Source: Raphidiopsis brookii D9 (GTDB taxonomy: Bacteria; Cyanobacteriota; Cyanobacteriia; Cyanobacteriales; Nostocaceae). Taken from it: DNA of 32,000 nucleotides. This document shows positions 10,625 through 19,684 of this stretch, piece by piece. The notes under the pieces were generated by a model. The model worked only from the letters and a program-made list of their open reading frames with translations. It was not told where the DNA came from and did no database searches. The position numbers were made by a program, and so were the translations under genes. Position 1 is the stretch's first letter. The number at the start of each line of letters is the position of its first letter. Location of the stretch: assembly GCA_000175855.1 (NCBI GenBank), contig ACYB01000029.1, positions 30,001 through 62,000 of the forward strand, read 5' to 3'.

Positions 10625-11202
10625 CTCTCTCTGGCTGATCTTGATATTTACCACCTCTGTCCGCGTATGTGGTTTGACAAGGTTCGCCTTCTAAAAACAA
10701 TAACTGTACAACTCCCTCATTAGCATAAATCCTACAGTCAGCACTTGAGGAGTTACTAAATTCTAGGGTTAATGACCCATTCCAGGATGCTTCAGCAGGA
10801 GTAACATTGGCTACTAGACCCACGCGAGCATAAGTGCTTTTGCCTAAACAAATTGCCGTAACATTGGCAGGCATAGATAGTTTCTCCAGGGCCACTCCCA
10901 ATCCGTAGGAATGGGCGGGAATGATAAAAAAAGTCTCCATCTTCATCCCCGTGTAAAGGCACAGACTCTAAATTATTTGGGTTGAACCTTTTGGGATTAA
11001 CTACAGTACCGGGTATATGTCTAAACACCAAAAATTCCTGGGGAGATAATCTGATATCATAACCATAAGAGGATAAACCATAGCTTAAAGCTGGCACTTT
11101 TATGCCAGAGGTGAGCATGACGGTACGAACCAAGCTAGGTTCAAAGGGTTGAATCATACCCCTCTTTGCTTGTTCAATAATCCACTTATCATTTTTGATC
11201 AT
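10605..11202 (-). pseudogene. dcd: dCTP deaminase, reading frame interrupted at a 7-nt A/T homopolymer (10926-10932)
   Basis: Frame 1 (start ATG 11202) gives MIKNDKWIIEQAKRGMIQPFEPSLVR...ISYGYDIRLSPQEF..HGDEDGDFF. Frame 2 continues FIIPAHSYGLGVALEKL...GKSTYARVG...LTLEFSNSSSADCRIYANEGVVQLLFLEGEPC...GKYQDQPERVTLARV. Together they form one full dCTP deaminase. Confidence 0.85.
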
Positions 11203-11251
11203 TTCCGACTTAACCTTGTGTTTAAAAATGCCCACCGTAGGGGAGAAAAGG

Positions 11252-11324
11252 CGAGCGCGGCAGGGTTCGAACCTGCGACCAATTGCTTAGAAGGCAATTG
11301 CTCTATCCACTGAGCTACGCGCCC
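11252..11324 (-). tRNA. tRNA-Arg (anticodon TCT)
   Basis: Reverse strand GGGCGCGTAGCTCAGTGGATAGAGCAATTGCCTTCTAAGCAATTGGTCGCAGGTTCGAACCCTGCCGCGCTCG; complete cloverleaf. Confidence 0.95.
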
Positions 11325-11792
11325 AATTTTACCACCTGTAAATTCTCACGCCTATCCCCAGATTCAATACATTTCCTGTGTTGATCGTGGAAGATTGATT
11401 TTTTAGGCGTTCGTGTTTGGCGGAGTCTCAAATACCGTACAATTCTACAATAGACAGAAATTGTGGGAATGTCAACCTTTTGCCCAAAAATTAAAACTGT
11501 GCCTTTAGATTTGTACAAGGTTCAAAGCTAGAGCTATAAATCAAAATCTGACTGTAGCTTGTCAATGGTTCCCCAATCTCGATATACTAGACAGATGGCG
11601 AGTTAATCATTATAAGTTAGTGCTTAAATGTGACTAATCTCGTGATTCTAAAGCTCCTACTAATTCTAGTTAACTTGGTAACAGACTAAGGGAGAATAAG
11701 AAGTTTAAATTTCCTGATAATTGCTGATAGGGATGTAAATGGTACATAAAAGTTCAATTTAGTGCCTTACAGACAAATAAAGTTAACAAATT

Positions 11793-12803
11793 TTGGTGTC
11801 TACCGTGAGAAAACTAACAGATTCAGACAAGACTGAAATTCTCAAACTCTATAGAGAAACCGCCGAAACTACCTCAACTTTGGCAGAACGCTATGGAGTG
11901 AGTAACTCCACCATTAGCCGTCTGCTTAAAGGTATTTTACCGGAAGAAGACTATGAGTATCTAGTTTCCCTCAAGCGCGCTGCTAGGACTCCGGAAGGTA
12001 GGGCCCTGGTGAGCTATGAACAACTACCCCTACTGGGTCAATCTGGTCAATCCCAGGAGGATGAGATTGTAGCTACCCAAACTCCGGTGGAGAACTTAGA
12101 ACCTCCCAAGGTTGAGGTAACCAGAGTTGATACACCCCAGATGGAAGTGTCCAAACCTGTAACAAAGGAGATTGGAGATGATGTAGATATTCAAGCTACA
12201 CCCATTCCTGCTCCCATCATTAGAAGAGTGAAAACACGCTCCTCTGCAACGGACAAGCCTCCCTTCCCAGTCTCTCCAGACCTGGAACCAATCAAAGACC
12301 AACCTACAATCCTGGAAGAAACCGATTCTCAAGCTAGTATCATTGCTAATATGTTTGGTGATGATTTGCTCGACGAGTCCGAGGATTTGGATGATTTAGA
12401 TGATGATTTATATGAAGACGAGGAGGATTTTGAAGAAGAGGAGTTTGAAAGATCCACACCTTTTGTAACCAGACCTAGGGCAGGAGATGGCTCTGTTCAA
12501 ATTTTGCCACTTTCAGTTGCAGCACTACCAAAAACATGCTATTTGGTAATTGATCGCTGTGCAGAATTAATTACCAGACCACTAAAAGACTTTGGTGATT
12601 TAGGCGCTATACCCATTGTAGAAACCCAACAAAGAACCCTGCCAGTGTTTGATAATCATCGAGTGGCTAAACGGTTTTCTACCAAACGCGATCGGGTGAT
12701 TAGAATACCTGATAGTAGGGTGCTGCATAAGACTACTAACCATTTGCAAGCTAAGGGCATTACCCGACTATTAATTGATGGTCAGGTTTACTCTTTGACC
12801 TAG
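11793..12803 (+). CDS. HTH-domain protein with long acidic linker and conserved C-terminal segment; unknown function
   Basis: N-terminal Hin/Tnp-like HTH ILKLYRETAETTSTLAERYGVSNSTISRLLKG; acidic run DESEDLDDLDDDLYEDEEDFEEEEFE; structured C-terminus ending NHLQAKGITRLLIDGQVYSLT. Start codon (TTG 11793 or GTG 11796) uncertain. Confidence 0.7.
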   Translation: MVSTVRKLTDSDKTEILKLYRETAETTSTLAERYGVSNSTISRLLKGILPEEDYEYLVSLKRAARTPEGRALVSYEQLPLLGQSGQSQEDEIVATQTPVENLEPPKVEVTRVDTPQMEVSKPVTKEIGDDVDIQATPIPAPIIRRVKTRSSATDKPPFPVSPDLEPIKDQPTILEETDSQASIIANMFGDDLLDESEDLDDLDDDLYEDEEDFEEEEFERSTPFVTRPRAGDGSVQILPLSVAALPKTCYLVIDRCAELITRPLKDFGDLGAIPIVETQQRTLPVFDNHRVAKRFSTKRDRVIRIPDSRVLHKTTNHLQAKGITRLLIDGQVYSLT

Positions 12804-12805
12804 GT

Positions 12806-12835
12806 TAACATAGTATTATCTAACATAGTATTATC
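12806..12835 (+). repeat. Perfect 15-bp tandem direct repeat, two copies of TAACATAGTATTATC
   Basis: 12806-12820 and 12821-12835 are identical. Confidence 0.9.
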
Positions 12836-13145
12836 AATGGTGTACTTGAAACCACACGTCGGTCACGGGAGCTGCGAGGTTATGCGCCACGCAAAACCAA
12901 CAGCAACCTCCTGGTGGTCTTTCGTTCTCAATTAGGTAACGCCGCTTTTTCTTCTTAAATACTTGCCATGTTCACCAGAGGAATGTACAATACCCTAAAT
13001 ATTCAGTTACATTTATTGAATGACCATTATTACATATATGTACTTAGAGTGTTAACAATCAGGAGCAATTCTGAATACTCATAACTCCATACAACTGATA
13101 CCTAATTAGCGTACTACTAACACTACTCACAATTGTGCCACTGTA

Positions 13146-15071
13146 ATGATTAACTCTGCATCTTCCTCGATTAGCGATCGCAAGCCTTCTAAAGTGGAAG
13201 GCATCAAAGAGAAAAGTAACTTTCTTAGGGAACCCCTAGCCACGGAAATCCTTGAGGATACGACCCATTTTACCGAAGACGCAATACAAATTCTCAAGTT
13301 TCACGGTTCTTACCAACAGGATAATAGGGATAACCGGGTCAAAGGACAGGAGAAAGACTATCAGATGATGCTGCGGACAAAAAATCCTGGTGGTTTAGTT
13401 CCGCCTCAGCTGTACCTAGCCTTAGATAAATTAGCTGATGAATATGGTAACCATACACTAAGAGCCACTACTCGTCAAGGTTTTCAAATTCATGGTGTGT
13501 TAAAAAGGAACTTGAGAACTGTAATTGGAACCATCATCGAAAATCTTGGCTCGACCTTGGGAGCTTGTGGAGATATTAACCGTAATGTGATGGCCCCTCC
13601 CGCACCTTGGAAAAACCGTCCAGAATACCAATATGCTTGGGAATATGCCCAAAACGTTGCGGATTTACTGTCTCCTCAAACGGGAGCTTATTATGAGATT
13701 TGGTTAGATGGGGAAAAAGCCATCACAGCCCAGGAACATCCAGAAGTAAAAGCAGCAAGGCAAAAAAATGGCACTGGGACTATTTTTCATGACTCCGTAG
13801 AGCCCATTTATGGCACCCATTATATGCCACGCAAATTCAAGGTTTGCGTCACCGTACCTGGGGATAATTCCGTAGATTTGTATTCCCAGGATTTAACCTT
13901 AGTAGTAATTACTAATGACCAAGGTGAACTAGAGGGTTTTAACGTCCTTGCTGGTGGTGGTTTAGGAAGAACCCATAACAAGGAAGAAACTTTTGCTCGG
14001 TTAGCAGATGCTATTGGCTATGTAGATAAAAAAGATGTCTATGAGCTTGTGAAAGCAATTGTTGCCACCCAAAGAGATTATGGCGATCGCACGGACAGAA
14101 AACATGCCAGGTTAAAGTATCTCATACACGACTGGGGAGTAGATAGATTCCGGGCAAAAGTAGAAGAGTACTTTGGTAAAGCTATTCAACCCTTTAAAGA
14201 ATTACCAAAATTCAAATATCAAGATTTTCTGGGATGGAATGAGCAAGGGGATGGTAAACTGTTTTTGGGGATTTCTATAGACAATGGTCGGGTAAAAGAT
14301 GAAGGGGAATTTCAACTAAAAACTGCTTTGCGGACCATAGTTGAACAGTTTGACCTACCCATGCGTCTTACCCCCAACCAGAACCTAATTTTCTATGACA
14401 TTGTCCCCAAAGATCGGCAAACCATTCAAAGCATTTTAGAAAGATGTGGGGTAGTTACCAATCCCCAAACCATTCCTGCGCTGACTCGCTATGCCATGGC
14501 TTGTCCAGCTTTACCCACCTGTGGTTTAGCTATTACCGAATCAGAAAGAGCAATACCTGGAATATTAGAGCGGATTCGCGCCTTACTGGATAAGGTAGGT
14601 CTGCAAAAAGAACATTTTGTGGTCAGGATGACCGGTTGTCCCAATGGGTGCGCTCGTCCCTACATGGCCGAATTAGGGTTTGTGGGGAGCGCTCCAGAAT
14701 CCTATCAGGTGTGGTTAGGGGGTTCCCCGGATCAAACCAGATTAGCACAACCAATAATTGAGAAATTGCACCACAATAATCTTGAGAGCTTTTTAGAACC
14801 GATCTTTGTCTTTTTCAAGAAGTCCCGTAAAGCGCAGGAGAGTTTTGGTGATTTTTGTGATAGAGTTGGTTTTGATGCCATTCACCATTTTTCATCTAAT
14901 TACAAGCCAGAAGAAGTCGTTGGCAGTAGTAAATACCGACATCGGGTAAGTTTGCGGGATGACATTTACTTACAACTCAAGCAAAGTTCAGAGAGAGTAA
15001 ATAAACCCATGACTCAATTAGCCAATGAAGCTTTGGCTATGTATTTGGCACAGTTGCAGTTGGACTTATAG
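13146..15071 (+). CDS. sir: Ferredoxin-dependent assimilatory sulfite reductase, with C-terminal extension
   Basis: Siroheme/4Fe-4S reductase motifs [29 protein letters not shown] and [31 protein letters not shown]. Confidence 0.88.
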   Translation: MINSASSSISDRKPSKVEGIKEKSNFLREPLATEILEDTTHFTEDAIQILKFHGSYQQDNRDNRVKGQEKDYQMMLRTKNPGGLVPPQLYLALDKLADEYGNHTLRATTRQGFQIHGVLKRNLRTVIGTIIENLGSTLGACGDINRNVMAPPAPWKNRPEYQYAWEYAQNVADLLSPQTGAYYEIWLDGEKAITAQEHPEVKAARQKNGTGTIFHDSVEPIYGTHYMPRKFKVCVTVPGDNSVDLYSQDLTLVVITNDQGELEGFNVLAGGGLGRTHNKEETFARLADAIGYVDKKDVYELVKAIVATQRDYGDRTDRKHARLKYLIHDWGVDRFRAKVEEYFGKAIQPFKELPKFKYQDFLGWNEQGDGKLFLGISIDNGRVKDEGEFQLKTALRTIVEQFDLPMRLTPNQNLIFYDIVPKDRQTIQSILERCGVVTNPQTIPALTRYAMACPALPTCGLAITESERAIPGILERIRALLDKVGLQKEHFVVRMTGCPNGCARPYMAELGFVGSAPESYQVWLGGSPDQTRLAQPIIEKLHHNNLESFLEPIFVFFKKSRKAQESFGDFCDRVGFDAIHHFSSNYKPEEVVGSSKYRHRVSLRDDIYLQLKQSSERVNKPMTQLANEALAMYLAQLQLDL

Positions 15072-15107
15072 TACCTGAACCTCCAAAGACAAAATTGCTG
15101 GAGCCTT

Positions 15108-15134
15108 GATCCGGGGAATTGAATTCCCCGGATC
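15108..15134. terminator. Perfect 13-bp inverted repeat between convergent sir and porin genes; probable bidirectional terminator (no clear U-tract)
   Basis: GATCCGGGGAATT-G-AATTCCCCGGATC. Confidence 0.5.
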
Positions 15135-15149
15135 CCTCCTGATAGTTGG

Positions 15150-16769
15150 TTAGAAACTAAAGGTAGTTCTCAATGCACCAATGATAACACTGTCATTTTG
15201 CTTGTTGTGATTTGGTGCAGTCAACCAAATCAGACCAGGAGTGATAGTGATATTGTCATTAACCTTAAACTGATAGAAACCCTCCAGGTGAAGGGAAGTA
15301 TTTGTGTCTTTAAATGCAGACAAAGTGGTGCTTGCACTTGTGACTTTTGGCTGCATACCAACTATTAAGCCACCCAAATTGCCTTTTTTCCACAGGTCTG
15401 GAAATGCCAGGTTAACAGCATAGTTCCAAATATCCACATCTCCTTTCACACCCGTTAATAATAATAACTGACTCTTGGTATATCCCAGCCAACCTTCTAG
15501 ACGTAGTTGGGGGGTAACACCCAGGGATGCTTGTAGTCCGTAGGAATTGCTGGAATATTTGCTACCATCAAATTGGCTACCAGTAAACGTAGCATTGTTA
15601 CTACCCGTAGCAAGGGCTAAATCGTAGGAATTGATGTAGGTCAGTCCCAGAGTAATACGCTCACTTGGTTTAACAGTTAACTGAGCTAAAGCTCCGTAGG
15701 GTCCCTTAAACAAACCACTATCAGAAGCAGGACTAGCAGCAGTACTGCTGGGATCCATACGTCCACCCAAATAGCCCAAACTCAAGGTTACATTTTTATT
15801 AAACTCGTGATTTATACCCAAACCGGAAGCACCCAACTGGGAGTAAATGGGGTTGCGCGTACCAAAGGTGGATAAAGCACCAAAAGCACCATCCCCATTA
15901 AAACTAGTAATAGTGCTAGTTAAGTCCTCTGCTGCACCATCGTTAGCAACAGCTATGACCTGGGTTCTGTCCCCTATAGGGAACTTGTATGACAGCGCTG
16001 TCACTGAAAGAGCTGTATTGTTTCCACCACCAGAGTATAAGCCCGATTCTTTGGTTCCTACAATAGGAACAGCCTTACTAGAATCTGTGGGATCCGTAAT
16101 GTCATTACTAATATTATTACTTTGAAGTCTGGTAAACAGGGTATCTTTACCTGTAAAACTGGTAACCAGCTCTAATCTTGTCCGCGCTCCCAGGGTGGCA
16201 TTGCTATCCAGCGTTTTCGCTTCGACAACTTTCTTCGCAGAAATATCACGGATAACAGCCACTACCTGACCTTGCAATTTTGTGGTTGTGGAAAATTGGG
16301 TTGCTTCCAATCGGGTAGTTTTAGCCTCTAATGTATCTACACGGCGCTTGAAAGTTTCCAGTTCCGGACCAAACTGTTTTTGCAGTCTCTCTATGTTGGC
16401 AATGTCCTGTTTAGTTACCTGGTCAGCAGTAGCACTACTAATTAACTCATTAATACGGTCCAAACAAGCACTTAGCGCGGCGGCAAATTCAAATCTGGTC
16501 AATGTTCGATTACCACGAAACTTGCCATCGGGATAACCACCTACACAACCATAACGCTCAATTAATGACTGTATTGCTTGAAATGCCCAATCCCCCGGTT
16601 GCACGTCTGATAGCTGGGACACGGATGTCATTTGGGATATGTAGTTTGGGTCAGATACCTGTAGAGATGATTCTGTTTTTGACACATCCTCAGCTAAAGC
16701 ACTGCCACCCATAGAAATGGCATAGCCAAGTACAGAACTTGTTAGCAGATACAACAGAAATTTTTGCAT
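15150..16769 (-). CDS. SLH-domain outer-membrane porin (cyanobacterial iron-uptake/OprB-like porin)
   Basis: Signal peptide; SLH segment VSQLSDVQPGDWAFQAIQSLIERYGCVGGYPDGKFRGNRTLTRFEFAAAL; coiled coil; beta-rich C-terminus ending TFSF. Confidence 0.85.
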   Translation of the reverse strand: MQKFLLYLLTSSVLGYAISMGGSALAEDVSKTESSLQVSDPNYISQMTSVSQLSDVQPGDWAFQAIQSLIERYGCVGGYPDGKFRGNRTLTRFEFAAALSACLDRINELISSATADQVTKQDIANIERLQKQFGPELETFKRRVDTLEAKTTRLEATQFSTTTKLQGQVVAVIRDISAKKVVEAKTLDSNATLGARTRLELVTSFTGKDTLFTRLQSNNISNDITDPTDSSKAVPIVGTKESGLYSGGGNNTALSVTALSYKFPIGDRTQVIAVANDGAAEDLTSTITSFNGDGAFGALSTFGTRNPIYSQLGASGLGINHEFNKNVTLSLGYLGGRMDPSSTAASPASDSGLFKGPYGALAQLTVKPSERITLGLTYINSYDLALATGSNNATFTGSQFDGSKYSSNSYGLQASLGVTPQLRLEGWLGYTKSQLLLLTGVKGDVDIWNYAVNLAFPDLWKKGNLGGLIVGMQPKVTSASTTLSAFKDTNTSLHLEGFYQFKVNDNITITPGLIWLTAPNHNKQNDSVIIGALRTTFSF

Positions 16770-16993
16770 GGTTCCCTCACACCTCTTTATAATTAGCGTC
16801 CTTACCCACTAATGGGTAAATCCAAACACTTTCCTACTCACCTTAACACCAAGCAAACATTTTTTTTAACCTCAAGTTAACAAACCCTGATTTATTTCCC
16901 ACTTAATCGTGGTGGTATCCATAGCTCCCATAAGAATATTGCTTCGCCTCCACTCCCTTTTGCGTGATTTCCCATTGCCTATTGCATGATAAT

Positions 16994-17008
16994 GATAATT
17001 ATTATAAT
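16994..17008 (+). promoter_or_regulatory. Candidate Zur box (TGATAATTATTATAA)
   Basis: One mismatch to a perfect TGATAAT-N-ATTATCA inverted repeat, about 40 bp upstream of znuA. Confidence 0.55.
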
Positions 17009-17047
17009 ATTTCCTTGTAATGTTTTTTAGTATGGTTGGGGGGAAAC

Positions 17048-18043
17048 ATGAAAAATTTTGGACAACCCAGTAGGATTGCCAAAAAGATTCTAGGTTGGTC
17101 GTCTTTTGTCCTATTTCTTTCTTTAATATATGGTTGTGAGCGATCGCAGGTTAATTTGCCAACAGAAAAATCAACGTCAACCGTATCTAGTCCAGCTACT
17201 CAGACTAAAATAGTAGCAACATTTTTACCGGTCTACTTATTCACTAAAGCTATAGTAGGGGATGTAGCCAAAGTAGACGTGTTAGTAAAGCCTGGTACTG
17301 ATATTCATGAATATCAATCTACTCCGGATAATGTTAAAGCGATCGCAACTGCTGATGTACTCGTGAAAAATGGTTTAGGTTTAGAAGAGTTTTTAGAGGG
17401 TACGGTGAAAAATGCTAAAAACCCTAAATTAGTGGAAATTGATGCTAGTAAAGGGATTAGGGTAATGGATGATGGTTCACCGGTAGAGAAAATAAAAGGG
17501 GAGAAACATGACCACAAACATGATCACGCCCAGGGGAATCCCCATGTATGGTTGGATCCGGTATTAGCCAAACAGCAAGTGATTAATATTAGGGATGGTT
17601 TAATTGCAGCTGATGGGCAAAACAAACAGACCTATGAAACTAATGCAGCAACTTATATTCAGGAACTAGATAATCTAAATAGGGAGTTTCAGCAAACTCT
17701 TGATAAAACACCCAACTGTACTTTCATTACTTTTCACGATGCTTTCCCTTATATGGCCAAACGTTATAATCTAAAACAGGTTGCGGTGGTAGAGTTACCA
17801 GAGGATAAACTTGCACCAGGAGATATACAAGCGGTAATTAACACGGTGAGAAAGTACAAAGTTAAAGTTTTATTTAGCGAAGCAGGAATAGATAATAAAC
17901 TACTTACCAGTCTTGCTCAAGATTTGAATCTAACCTTATATTCCCTCAATTCATTAGAAACAGGAGAGAGAAATCCCCAGTATTATTTTCAAGCCATGAG
18001 AGACAATTTAAAAAGTTTAGCAACAGGATGTCAAAAACAATAA
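17048..18043 (+). CDS. znuA: Zinc ABC transporter substrate-binding lipoprotein (start at ATG 17048)
   Basis: LIYGCERS lipobox; PVYLFTKAIVGD, DIHEYQSTPDNVKAI, His-rich loop KHDHKHDHAQGNPHVWLDP, FHDAFPYMAKRY. Confidence 0.9.
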   Translation: MKNFGQPSRIAKKILGWSSFVLFLSLIYGCERSQVNLPTEKSTSTVSSPATQTKIVATFLPVYLFTKAIVGDVAKVDVLVKPGTDIHEYQSTPDNVKAIATADVLVKNGLGLEEFLEGTVKNAKNPKLVEIDASKGIRVMDDGSPVEKIKGEKHDHKHDHAQGNPHVWLDPVLAKQQVINIRDGLIAADGQNKQTYETNAATYIQELDNLNREFQQTLDKTPNCTFITFHDAFPYMAKRYNLKQVAVVELPEDKLAPGDIQAVINTVRKYKVKVLFSEAGIDNKLLTSLAQDLNLTLYSLNSLETGERNPQYYFQAMRDNLKSLATGCQKQ

Positions 18044-18828
18044 TGAATCAAAATCCGTCAAAGATATTAAAGGTAGAGGGGTTGACCATCTATCAGGGAA
18101 AATATTTGGCTATTAGAGATGTTTCCTTTGAATTGTTTCCGGGGACGGATACAGCTATAGTCGGACCTAATGGTGCTGGTAAAAGTACCCTGGTCAAGGG
18201 AATTTTAGATTTGATTCCCCGCACTGCTGGGAAAATTGAGGTTTTTGGTTTCCCCGTTTCTAGATTGGGGAATTTACGTCAATTACTGGGCTATGTACCA
18301 CAAAACTTTATCTTTGATCGTAGTTTTCCTATTTCCACCAGTGAGTTAGTAGGACTAGGTATTAGTAATAACTCTTCCGTTAATTCGTGGTTATGTAAAC
18401 TGGGGAAATTTCGGCAAATCCGACAACAAGAATCCACAGCTATTAAGGTAGCATTACAGCGTACAAATTCCTATCACTTAAGACACAAACCCCTTGGCAC
18501 ACTCAGTGGTGGTGAATTAAAAAGGGTTTTGTTAGCATATTGTTTAGTAAGTCCGCGAAAACTGCTAGTTCTAGATGAAGCGTTTGCTGGGGTAGATATC
18601 CAAGGAGCAGCGGATTTTTATGCCTTGCTAAATCAGTTGAAACTAGAAGAAGGTTGGACAATATTACAGGTTTCCCATGATATTGACATGGTAAATCGCC
18701 ATTGCGATCGGGTACTGTGCCTAAATCAGACCCTGGTCTGTTCTGGTAAACCAGAAATTGCCCTTTCACCACAAAATCTCTTAGCAACCTATGGACCCGG
18801 TTTCAGTCGTTATCAGCACCATCATTAA
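18028..18828 (+). CDS. znuC: Zinc ABC transporter ATP-binding protein
   Basis: Walker A GPNGAGKST, LGTLSGGELKRVLLAYCL signature, Walker B LLVLDEAFAGVD; overlaps znuA and znuB. Confidence 0.88.
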   Translation: MSKTIMNQNPSKILKVEGLTIYQGKYLAIRDVSFELFPGTDTAIVGPNGAGKSTLVKGILDLIPRTAGKIEVFGFPVSRLGNLRQLLGYVPQNFIFDRSFPISTSELVGLGISNNSSVNSWLCKLGKFRQIRQQESTAIKVALQRTNSYHLRHKPLGTLSGGELKRVLLAYCLVSPRKLLVLDEAFAGVDIQGAADFYALLNQLKLEEGWTILQVSHDIDMVNRHCDRVLCLNQTLVCSGKPEIALSPQNLLATYGPGFSRYQHHH

Positions 18829-19669
18829 ATCATTTACTAATCTAATTACTAATATTTACGATTTGTATAATCTTTTCCAGTTTCCATTCATGCAACGGGC
18901 CATAATAGGTGCCCTATTAATGGGAGCATTAGGTGGATTATTGGGCAGTTTTGTCACCCTGCGTCAATTGTCATTTTTCAGTCATGCAGTGGGTCATGCA
19001 GCGCTGGTAGGAGTCGCATTAGGAGTATTACTAAACACTAATCCCCACTGGATGTTGTTACCATTTACCCTCGTTTTGGGGGTGATTGTTCTCTACTTAA
19101 TTGACCAAACGGATTTAGCTAGTGATAGTATTTTAACTGTAGTCCTATCAGGAGCATTGGCTATAGGTATAATCCTCACTAGCATGATTGAGGAATATCG
19201 TGGTAACTTAATGGCAGTACTGTTCGGGGATATTCTGGCCATTGACCAAACAGATTTGATCTTAATACTGATAATATTAATTACAAGTAGTATTTTTATA
19301 CTATCAACCATGCGATCGCAGATTTTGTTAACTTTAAATGAAGATGTAGCAAAGGTTCAAGGATCACCGGTTGAAATGTATCGTTATATTTTTGTGATTT
19401 TACTATCTTTAGCAGTTGCAGTAGCGATTAAAGCTGTTGGGGTTTTATTAGTGAATGCATTTTTAGTGATTCCTGCTACGACAGCCAAATTAGTCAGTGA
19501 TCATTTCAGGGGGTTTTTGATTTTATCAGTGGTAATAGGTTGTACAAGTAGCATTGTGGGCATGATAGTTTCTGGTTTATTTAATCAAGCATCCGGGCCA
19601 AGTGTAGTAATTGTACAGTTTCTGTTATTTGTGTTTACTTTTCTCTGGGTTAGATTGAGGAAGATATAA
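18791..19669 (+). CDS. znuB: Zinc ABC transporter permease
   Basis: ABC-3 family membrane protein: FPFMQRAIIGALLMGALGGLLGSFVTLRQLSFFSHAVGHAALVGVALG. Confidence 0.9.
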   Translation: MDPVSVVISTIIKSFTNLITNIYDLYNLFQFPFMQRAIIGALLMGALGGLLGSFVTLRQLSFFSHAVGHAALVGVALGVLLNTNPHWMLLPFTLVLGVIVLYLIDQTDLASDSILTVVLSGALAIGIILTSMIEEYRGNLMAVLFGDILAIDQTDLILILIILITSSIFILSTMRSQILLTLNEDVAKVQGSPVEMYRYIFVILLSLAVAVAIKAVGVLLVNAFLVIPATTAKLVSDHFRGFLILSVVIGCTSSIVGMIVSGLFNQASGPSVVIVQFLLFVFTFLWVRLRKI

Positions 19670-19684
19670 ATATTAATAATTTAG

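Noticed and set aside
10792-11235. The 147-aa ORF read as a separate small protein
   Set aside because: It is the N-terminal half of dcd followed by out-of-frame residues after the homopolymer, so it is not an independent gene.
11315-11518. 67-aa minus-strand ORF beginning in tRNA-Arg
   Set aside because: Overlaps the tRNA and has no homology signal.
12096-12332. Minus-strand ORF inside the HTH gene
   Set aside because: Antisense to a biased Pro/Thr-rich linker; compositional artefact.
15847-16714. Three plus-strand ORFs antisense to the porin gene
   Set aside because: Codon-shadow ORFs opposite a conserved beta-barrel protein.
19093-19311. Minus-strand ORF inside znuB
   Set aside because: Antisense to a conserved permease.
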